Shown here one piece after another: positions 18,312 to 25,400 of a stretch of 25,400 nt of DNA. Position 1 is the first letter of the stretch; every line of letters starts with the position of its first letter. This DNA is from a virus (Duplodnaviria > Caudoviricetes): positions 1 through 25,400 of IMG/VR virus record IMGVR_UViG_3300001472_000156; one strand, 5' to 3'. Made by a program: the position numbers and the translations under genes. The notes below the pieces were generated by a model. That model saw nothing but the letters and a program-made list of their open reading frames with translations. It did no database searches and had not been told where the DNA came from.

Positions 18312-19076
18312 TTATTGTAACTTTTTCTGAATTGTTCTGAAAACTTCTACGCCTTCATCAGTTTTAAACCAAGCAGCTAATGCTGAGTATGGATTTTCAT
18401 CAAAAGGAACAGTCATAAGTTTTCTATCATTTGATCCCCAATGAAAACTTCTTTGGTCTTGAGATATTTTAACTATTGATTGTTCAACAGCTTTTATACC
18501 TACATTTCTTAAACCTACATTTTCATCAGAAGCTATAGCTAAGAAATTAGCTGGATTTTGTTTTGCCATAAGCATAACATCTCTTTTAATTTCTTTAGAA
18601 CTCATACTTGCTACATCACTTCCCTTTTCAACTCTAAGAATCGCTTCCGCATGATCTATTTCAAGATTTTTAGCTGCATTCATTGCATCTAATTGATAAT
18701 CCATTTGATCTAATTGATCTTCTGCTTGTTTAGCAGGCATAACTTCATTATATTTAAAACCTTTTTTAGGATGATATAATGATAATAGTTTTTGTAAATT
18801 TACTTTTTGTTTTGGAACAGTTAATATTCCATTTTCAAAAATAATATGTCCTAATGTACATTCTCCTTTTTGTTCATCAACAAATGGTGAATTTTGATTA
18901 GTAGCATACCTTAGTTCTCTTTGCTCTCCAGTTTCATCATCAAACCATAGTAAAGGATACCTTGAACTATGTTTAGATTGAAGTGTGAATGTAAGAGGCG
19001 CATGAGGTCCTGCTAGTCTATAGGATCTATTTTTAATCTCCCATTTAGGGGCTTTAATTTCTTTTGTTTTTGACAT
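18312..19076 (-). CDS. Conserved phage protein downstream of the major capsid gene (254 aa), function unknown
   Basis: Intact ORF with its own AU-rich leader; positional equivalent of the conserved post-MCP gene of crAss-like modules. No catalytic motif recognised. Confidence 0.6.
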   Translation of the reverse strand: MSKTKEIKAPKWEIKNRSYRLAGPHAPLTFTLQSKHSSRYPLLWFDDETGEQRELRYATNQNSPFVDEQKGECTLGHIIFENGILTVPKQKVNLQKLLSLYHPKKGFKYNEVMPAKQAEDQLDQMDYQLDAMNAAKNLEIDHAEAILRVEKGSDVASMSSKEIKRDVMLMAKQNPANFLAIASDENVGLRNVGIKAVEQSIVKISQDQRSFHWGSNDRKLMTVPFDENPYSALAAWFKTDEGVEVFRTIQKKLQ

Positions 19077-19095
19077 GATATAATATAATATAATT

Positions 19096-19136
19096 AATAA
19101 AAAAATAAAGGGCTAGGCGCCGAAGCGCCTAACTCT
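19096..19136 (-). terminator. Rho-independent terminator after the major capsid gene
   Basis: Minus strand TAGGCGC-TTCG-GCGCCTA (perfect 7-bp stem, C(UUCG)G tetraloop, 19114-19131), followed by GCCC and TTTATTTTTTT; begins about 12-17 nt after the MCP stop. Confidence 0.88.
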
Positions 19137-19147
19137 TTAAAGTAATC

Positions 19148-20659
19148 TTAAGCTTGGAACAATACGAAATTGTTAGCCGCTTGAGTCACAAGACATCTTT
19201 CAGATAAAAAGTGAACCTCCATAGCATCTAAATCAGAAGTGTAAGCACCTCCAACAGATCCAGTGATCCAGTTTTTGTATCGTCTGTCATCAGCTTGTGA
19301 AGCTCTGTATCTTACGTGCAAGAATGGTCTTCTAATGTTTGTACCTAATACTTGGTCATAAACAGTTGAAGTTCCAGCAGGTATTAATACACCATCAATT
19401 CCAGGAGTACCAACAGCACCTCTTGTAGAAGCATCGTTTAAGTATTTCCAGCTAGTTTTATAGAAGTCATAAGAACCTCTTCTGAAACCAGAGAAACCTA
19501 GGTTTAATGCCATTTGCTCAGAGTTTTCAAATAAACCATAAGCAGTACCACCAGCGTAACCGCTAGAGATTTGAGATAGCATATCGTCAAAACCTAAATC
19601 AGTAGCTCTGTTTAAGAAAAGCATGTTTTCTTCAATAGCTCCTTGAGTATCTAAGTTTTTAAGAATTTGATCGAAATCAGAAATACCAGTTCCAGCAGAA
19701 AAACCAGACATAATATTACCTCTTGTTTGAATAGCAGCAAATAAACCTTCAGTACCGTGAGCGTTTACAGCAGCAAATCCAGGTACACCACCTTTTCCAG
19801 CTTGGAACATACCATCAGCAGCAGCACCGTCAACACCGTTGATTGCAGCTTTTTCACCTTCAATCATCGCCATTTCTAAATAGTCATCAAATCTTAATCT
19901 TGTTTCAGATTCAGACTTTAAATACCATAAGTATCCTGATGTACCATCTTCAGTAGCAACTTCAACCCATCCAATCTGTGCAGTGTCAGAACCAGAAATT
20001 TGGTATCTGTCTTTTATGATAATTGGTGTGTTATGAAATTGTGTGAATTGTGGCTGTGCAGATTTGTTAGGATTACCAACAGTTCCTTTTGCAAATACTG
20101 AACCATATACAAATAGTTTGATAGGGTTAACACCCGCAGCACCAACACCTAAAGTACGTAAATTAACTTCTTGAAAAGCTAAACAAGTTACATCAGTAGT
20201 AGTACCACCACCTGCTGCTACGTTAGAAACGACAGCTTTGATAGTTACACCTGTATTAACGTTCATTAAAACAACAGTATCGTTTTCATTGATTACGTTA
20301 ATAGCTTGATTAGTGCCGGTAAAAGGAGCGGCATTATCATTAGTAGGTATAGTTACAATACCATTATCAGCAGCAGCATTGTCATCTATAAAACAACCAT
20401 CATATGCAATATGAAGTCTGTTTTGCTCAGACCAAACAACTTGGTCAGATGTCATTGGCATTTCAGCGCCAACCATTCTTAAAAATCCAGATAAGGTTCT
20501 GTTTCCATATCTTTCAACTTCTTGTTCATATACTTCTGGTAAGTATTGTTGCGCGAAGTTACCGCCTGCAGCATCAGTAAAACTTAGGTAGTTTGACTGA
20601 AGAGCCTGTTGAGTTAAGGAAGGTAAAATACTTCCATAAATTGGATTAATTGATCCCAT
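19148..20659 (-). CDS. Major capsid protein (503 aa)
   Basis: Follows portal and scaffold-like genes and is followed by a strong terminator. HK97-fold-type motifs (PIIIKDRYQISGS, RFDDYLEMAMIEGE, GTEGLFAAIQTRGN, HFLSERCLVTQAANNFVLF) and size are typical of Bacteroidota podovirus MCPs. Confidence 0.85.
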   Translation of the reverse strand: MGSINPIYGSILPSLTQQALQSNYLSFTDAAGGNFAQQYLPEVYEQEVERYGNRTLSGFLRMVGAEMPMTSDQVVWSEQNRLHIAYDGCFIDDNAAADNGIVTIPTNDNAAPFTGTNQAINVINENDTVVLMNVNTGVTIKAVVSNVAAGGGTTTDVTCLAFQEVNLRTLGVGAAGVNPIKLFVYGSVFAKGTVGNPNKSAQPQFTQFHNTPIIIKDRYQISGSDTAQIGWVEVATEDGTSGYLWYLKSESETRLRFDDYLEMAMIEGEKAAINGVDGAAADGMFQAGKGGVPGFAAVNAHGTEGLFAAIQTRGNIMSGFSAGTGISDFDQILKNLDTQGAIEENMLFLNRATDLGFDDMLSQISSGYAGGTAYGLFENSEQMALNLGFSGFRRGSYDFYKTSWKYLNDASTRGAVGTPGIDGVLIPAGTSTVYDQVLGTNIRRPFLHVRYRASQADDRRYKNWITGSVGGAYTSDLDAMEVHFLSERCLVTQAANNFVLFQA

Positions 20660-20676
20660 AATAGTTTTAAATTATT

Positions 20677-21822
20677 TTAGTTAAAGTTTTTTGTTTTAAT
20701 TTTCAATTTTGAAGAATCAAGACCTGTAACAGCTTTAACTTTATAACCGCTAACAAAAACATCACTTGGAGCTGTAGCTCTAGTTTCATTGCTTATGTTT
20801 TTAGTTTTTGCAACAACACCTTTTATAGCATCGGCTTTACCCTGATCATAAAAGTGCTGCGCAATAGTATCCGCGTTTTCAGCAGCATAAATAGCTTTGT
20901 GATAACCACTAACATCTTTAATGCTACCATCTGTGGATAAGAACTTCTTAATCGTGTTGGTAATATTAGATTGTTTTTCTGCAACATCATTAGGATTTTT
21001 AACTCCGTATCTAAATTTTTTCTCTCCTATTTTAAAATCAAAACCTTTGAATTCATTAGAAAAGTAGTCTTTAGTTTCAGATTTAAAATCTTCATGTTGT
21101 TGAGAAGCTATGTCTTGCTCTTCGTTGTAGCGATTGAAAAAGTCCAGTGCTTTTTGTTGGTCTTGAGTAACCCCGGGTCTCAACTTGATCTCCTCGTAAT
21201 ACTTACTCTTTAAACCTTCTAAGTGCTGTTTGGCTTTCGCAATCTCTTCTTTATAGGCGAGTTTAGTTTTTTTAACCACTCGCTCTTCATCAATCTCTTC
21301 ATCAAAAGAAAAATTGTCATCTATTAAAAAATCAATTTCTTCTGAATTGAGATGAGATTTCGTTTGTTTATAATACTCTTTTAATAAAGTATCATTATCT
21401 ACATTAGAATAATCAGCATTTAATCTAACATAATCTTCTAATGTACCACCTGTTTCTTTCATAAAGTCTACGACTTTTTCGATGTTTTCTGGTAGTGAAG
21501 CAACTTCTCTTATTTCATCAGGAGTAGGTGGAGTAATTTTTTTCTCCATTTTTTCTCCTATTTCAACAACTTCTTCTTCTTCTTCTTCTACCTTTTTATC
21601 CTCAACAGGTTCTTCAATTATTTCTTCTATAATTGGTTTTACTTCTTCTTCTTTAACCTCTTGTTCAACAACAGGTGTATCTTTCACTTCTGTTTCTTTT
21701 ACAGGAGTAACTTCTTCTTTAATTTTAGATAAATCTATTTTAACAGGTTCATCTTGTTTAAATTTTTTAGGTGTAGTTTTTTTAATTTTAAACTCACCCT
21801 CTTGTTTAACTTGTTCTGACAT
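20677..21822 (-). CDS. Putative capsid scaffolding protein (381 aa)
   Basis: Between portal and MCP; low-complexity E/K/V/P-rich N-terminal third (including EEEEEE) followed by a charged helical region. Confidence 0.65.
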   Translation of the reverse strand: MSEQVKQEGEFKIKKTTPKKFKQDEPVKIDLSKIKEEVTPVKETEVKDTPVVEQEVKEEEVKPIIEEIIEEPVEDKKVEEEEEEVVEIGEKMEKKITPPTPDEIREVASLPENIEKVVDFMKETGGTLEDYVRLNADYSNVDNDTLLKEYYKQTKSHLNSEEIDFLIDDNFSFDEEIDEERVVKKTKLAYKEEIAKAKQHLEGLKSKYYEEIKLRPGVTQDQQKALDFFNRYNEEQDIASQQHEDFKSETKDYFSNEFKGFDFKIGEKKFRYGVKNPNDVAEKQSNITNTIKKFLSTDGSIKDVSGYHKAIYAAENADTIAQHFYDQGKADAIKGVVAKTKNISNETRATAPSDVFVSGYKVKAVTGLDSSKLKIKTKNFN

Positions 21823-21851
21823 AATATAATATAATAAAAATTAATAAAAAT

Positions 21852-24239
21852 TTAAGACACAAATTGTTCTATATCTATAGAGTTTTGATTTTGCTCAAAA
21901 TCAGTAGGTAAAGAATCATTTTGTCTTTGACTAATCATTTGTGATTGTTGTGTAGCTTGTATTTTAGTTCTTTGATCTTTACGATCTTCTATTTCTTTTT
22001 CTTTTTGTTTGCTAATGTCAATATCCATTTTCTTTAATTTGACATCGTATTCAAACTCTTGAGCCATAAGCTCTCTTTTAATTTCAGCCTCTGTTTGCAT
22101 TCTTTGTATTTCAAACTGAGACTTGGCTTGTTCAATTTGACTTTGTGTATCTGCTAAAGCTTGTTGTTTTTCAACTTCTTGCATTGCGGCAGCTTCAGTA
22201 GCTTGTTGATTTGCTTGAGATTGTGACTCAATCACTTGTTGTTGTTGAGCTTGGTCTTGTTCTTGCTTCTGAACTCTTTTATATTTTAATACTTGATTAG
22301 CTAATGTTAAGTTTTTAATTTCCCTAATATCAATAGCATCTTCAAGATATATTTGGTTTTGCTGTAGAGCCATTTGTATGTTTTGCTCTAGCATTGATTT
22401 TTCTTCTTCTTCAGGTTCTAAATCTAAATAAATACCAAAATCATATAAATGTAATTTTTGTATTTCTTCTAAAGTTGCTACATTAAATTTACCTATTGTT
22501 CCTAACAAAGAAGCATTAGTTAAATCAAATTGTAACATATCAGCAACTCTAAGTGATACATTTTCACAAGTTCTTAATGTTAAATATAAACATGCTTTTA
22601 ATATATGTTTAGTTGCTGTGTTTGAAGCATTGGCAGCCATTTTTTGTAAACCTACTAACGAATCTCTTTCTGGTAAACTACCATCTCTAGCTTCATTCAA
22701 ACCAGTTACGTCTCTTATCATTTGTAAATAATACTGATAAGTATTAATTAACGATTGTATTTTACCATTAGCACTGGAAGTTTGTAATTCTTGAATAGGT
22801 ACTTTACCTCTGTTAGGATCACCATCTTGCGTTAACGATCTACCAACTATACTACCAGTTTGGAAATACATGTTTAAAGCTTCTTGTGGGTTGTAATTAG
22901 TTCCATTACCTAAGTCAACCTCTGCAAGACCATCAACATCTACAAATACACCATCTGGAACCATTCTAGCAATTACTTGTTGTAATTTAAGTGACGTAAG
23001 CTGTATCATATCAGCAAACCCAGTTATACGACCCACAAGTGAATCTATACGACCTTGATACATATGAGGTGCTACAATATTGTAGTTCATGTTTACTTTA
23101 GTTAGATCACTTTCTGGTCTTGTCATGTTTTCTGACAACTTCCAATCTAACATTAATTCTAATCCCATTACTTTTGCACCTGTAAATAAAACTTCAATAC
23201 TTCTTGAAACTCTATCAAAATTATCATTAGGTGGTGGATTAAATGTATCTGGTTTTTCTAATACTTTTTCTAAACCTTGCTCTGTGTACTTTACTTTAAA
23301 TACTTGATCCACATATGTTTTGTATTCAAAGTATAAAACCTGTATCTCGTCGTTATCAGAGTTTGGACCTCGTAAATAACCTTGTCTTCCTGGGTATTTA
23401 GCTATACGAGATAATTGTTCGTCAGTTAAATCAGGAAATTGTTTTTTAAGTTCAGGTAATGTAATAGATTTTACTTCACCTACATAATATAAATCCTGGA
23501 AGTTAGGATCATTAGTATATGAATAAACCAAATTAGCTGGATTAACATAATCAATAACAACTCCTTCAGATTTATTAAAACTAGTTTTGCACGCTCCAAT
23601 ACCTATTGTAACTATATCTTCTACTAATCTTTTATTTATTAAATCATATTTATTAAAGTCTAGTATACTATTTATAACTTCTTCTTCAGCTATCTCTACA
23701 GATTGCTTATAGCTTAACTGCATGTGAACCTCTAGTTCTTCTTTATTTTTAGGAAGATTATCTGGATCTAATGAATGATATAAATTAACTCCTATATTTT
23801 GTTTAATACTATCAAGCAATGGTTTTGCCATTGTGTCTCTCATTATAGTATTAGCATATGATGTTCTTTGTTTTTGTGAATATGGATCTTGAGCAAAAGC
23901 TTTTATTTCATATTCTTTTGATGATATACCATTAACTACTATGTCTACAAATTTAGGTATAATAGGTACTGGTTTCCAGTCTAAATTTAAATAAGACAAA
24001 TCACCATTAATAGATAATTCGTCTTTATATTTTTGTATTGGCTGCTCTGCTCTTGCGTATAATCTAAGTCTATTAAAATTTTGATAACCAGTCATCCATC
24101 GGCTACTGTTTATTCTACCACCTCTAAACCACTCATTTTCAATGGCTTGAGCTACTTGCAAACCGTATTCCCAACTTCGCTTTTCCGCCTCAGGTACCAC
24201 CTGACTAGGGAAAGAACTATTACTAGTTGTTTTAATCAT
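21852..24239 (-). CDS. Portal protein (795 aa)
   Basis: Directly after the terminase; PVPIIPKFVDIVVNG, IRDVTGLNEARDG and a long Q/E-rich C-terminal coiled coil, as in P22/crAss-type portal barrels. Confidence 0.85.
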   Translation of the reverse strand: MIKTTSNSSFPSQVVPEAEKRSWEYGLQVAQAIENEWFRGGRINSSRWMTGYQNFNRLRLYARAEQPIQKYKDELSINGDLSYLNLDWKPVPIIPKFVDIVVNGISSKEYEIKAFAQDPYSQKQRTSYANTIMRDTMAKPLLDSIKQNIGVNLYHSLDPDNLPKNKEELEVHMQLSYKQSVEIAEEEVINSILDFNKYDLINKRLVEDIVTIGIGACKTSFNKSEGVVIDYVNPANLVYSYTNDPNFQDLYYVGEVKSITLPELKKQFPDLTDEQLSRIAKYPGRQGYLRGPNSDNDEIQVLYFEYKTYVDQVFKVKYTEQGLEKVLEKPDTFNPPPNDNFDRVSRSIEVLFTGAKVMGLELMLDWKLSENMTRPESDLTKVNMNYNIVAPHMYQGRIDSLVGRITGFADMIQLTSLKLQQVIARMVPDGVFVDVDGLAEVDLGNGTNYNPQEALNMYFQTGSIVGRSLTQDGDPNRGKVPIQELQTSSANGKIQSLINTYQYYLQMIRDVTGLNEARDGSLPERDSLVGLQKMAANASNTATKHILKACLYLTLRTCENVSLRVADMLQFDLTNASLLGTIGKFNVATLEEIQKLHLYDFGIYLDLEPEEEEKSMLEQNIQMALQQNQIYLEDAIDIREIKNLTLANQVLKYKRVQKQEQDQAQQQQVIESQSQANQQATEAAAMQEVEKQQALADTQSQIEQAKSQFEIQRMQTEAEIKRELMAQEFEYDVKLKKMDIDISKQKEKEIEDRKDQRTKIQATQQSQMISQRQNDSLPTDFEQNQNSIDIEQFVS

Positions 24240-25400
24240 CTAATTAATTATTTTTGAATTAATACCTTTGTTGTCATATTTAGAAAAATTTAAATTAATT
24301 TTTTCTTTTTTAATTTCAGCAACCGGTCTATATTTATTTTTATTACAAGCCATGATTGCTAAACCAGAACTAATAGAAGCATCATGCTTAGTTCTATTGT
24401 TTATATCAAATGCAGCCCAATCTTCTAATGTTTTTTGTAAATACATTGTGCCATATTGTTCATTGTTGTAACCTACAAAATTTTCAATATAAGCTTCGAT
24501 AGCAGCAGCATGTGCTTGTTTAACATCTTCACTTGAGTTAGGTATTCCACCTATTTCTTTTTCAGCTACAGATAATTTATACATTGTCTTATCTGGTCTG
24601 TTCATAGAATATGCTCTATATCCTCTACGTTTTAAATAATACAATAATCTTGGTTTATTGTTTTCTGCAAGAAGAGGCATGCCATAAAAATATAATGCCA
24701 TAAGAACATCTTCAAAAAATATTTCTGCAGTTGGTGGTCGAGATATATATTCTAAAAAAAACAAATTTGCTGGAGCATTATCCATGCTAAATTTAGTTAA
24801 ACCATGTAATGAACCTTTAGAACCTCTACCATCTACTGTTCCTGATATATCGTAACTGTCACAACCAAAAGCACCTATATGCTCGTTAGCAGGGTATTTA
24901 ATACCATTTTTAACTATATATCTATTTTGTTGATGTGTTTCTGGAACCCAAGTAATAAAAAATCTACCTTGTTTACTTGGAGTAAACATAACACTTGTAT
25001 CTTTAATCCCACCTTCCCATTGAAAATTACCTTGAGTAACTACGTTTGAATTTTTTAAATCTTCGTTATAATCAATTTGTTCGTAAATCTTTGTAAGATT
25101 AAATAAAGATTGTTTTGTTTCATCTCTGAATGCGTGTTTTTCAGTACGTGGAAACTGTCTATATAACTCATTAAGTGCATCAGGATCTTCCTTAAGACCA
25201 TCTACTTCATTTTCCCAGTGCTCAATAACACCGATTTCAATTGGGAAACCGTCTGGACCTTTTTTTGGTTTTTTAGGCGTCTCGAAGACAGGTAACCCGT
25301 AAGAATCAATGTATCCTTCGTAGTTCCATTCCATAGGTATGAACAAGCTATATAATCCCGAGCTAGTCTGCCCATTGCGGTTTCTTCTGGTAACGTCTGA
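24240..25400 (-). CDS. terL: Terminase large subunit, C-terminal part (5'-truncated by the window edge)
   Basis: Frame remains open from the track's TTG at 25346 to 25400 (SDVTRRNRNGQTSSGLYSLFIPMEW), so the true start is outside the window. RQFPRTEKHAF linker and RNase H-like nuclease motifs AFGCDSYD, LAENNK, HDASISSGLA; upstream of the portal. Confidence 0.88.
   Translation of the reverse strand, partial: SDVTRRNRNGQTSSGLYSLFIPMEWNYEGYIDSYGLPVFETPKKPKKGPDGFPIEIGVIEHWENEVDGLKEDPDALNELYRQFPRTEKHAFRDETKQSLFNLTKIYEQIDYNEDLKNSNVVTQGNFQWEGGIKDTSVMFTPSKQGRFFITWVPETHQQNRYIVKNGIKYPANEHIGAFGCDSYDISGTVDGRGSKGSLHGLTKFSMDNAPANLFFLEYISRPPTAEIFFEDVLMALYFYGMPLLAENNKPRLLYYLKRRGYRAYSMNRPDKTMYKLSVAEKEIGGIPNSSEDVKQAHAAAIEAYIENFVGYNNEQYGTMYLQKTLEDWAAFDINNRTKHDASISSGLAIMACNKNKYRPVAEIKKEKINLNFSKYDNKGINSKIIN

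Noticed and set aside
21570-21590. (TTC)n microsatellite
   Set aside because: It simply encodes a poly-Glu run in the acidic scaffold-like protein.
367-24471. All plus-strand ORFs in the track (60-163 aa)
   Set aside because: They lie antisense to long minus-strand genes, are S/L/F/I-rich as expected for reverse-complement shadows, often start at TTG/GTG, and show no motifs.
25344-25346. Track start codon for the terminase ORF
   Set aside because: The frame is open to the window edge and the ATPase domain is absent, so the true start is upstream.
1-25400. Genome-wide stop-codon reassignment as in some crAss-like phages
   Set aside because: Genes are long, intact and tightly packed under the standard code, with no TAG/TGA fragmentation.
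1-25400. tRNA genes, CRISPR array, introns/inteins, diversity-generating retroelement, IS elements
   Set aside because: Intergenic gaps are all under about 75 nt, and no long nucleotide repeats, reverse transcriptase, transposase, integrase or intein motifs were recognised by eye.

Overview
AT-rich, densely coding fragment of a tailed dsDNA bacteriophage genome. All credible genes are on the minus strand and form one morphogenesis module. In transcription order (right to left): large terminase (5'-truncated), portal, scaffold-like protein, major capsid protein, conserved post-capsid protein, two tail ring/adaptor proteins, a tail nozzle/muzzle-type gene that appears split into two ORFs, two putative ejection proteins, and a giant (>=2482 aa) ORF running off the left edge that the ORF track omits. 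Gene order, protein motifs and AU-rich leaders lacking Shine-Dalgarno sites point to a podovirus of Bacteroidota (Crassvirales-related or Cellulophaga-podovirus-like); this is inference, with no database search run. Manual translation of the giant ORF suggests a polyvalent injected protein with a clear HExxH zincin motif and weaker sigma-region-2-like, HNH-like (EHxxP) and ADP-ribosyltransferase-like segments. The tail proteins carry inserted, partly nested beta-rich modules. The plus-strand ORFs are antisense shadows. No RNA genes, CRISPR arrays or mobile elements were seen.
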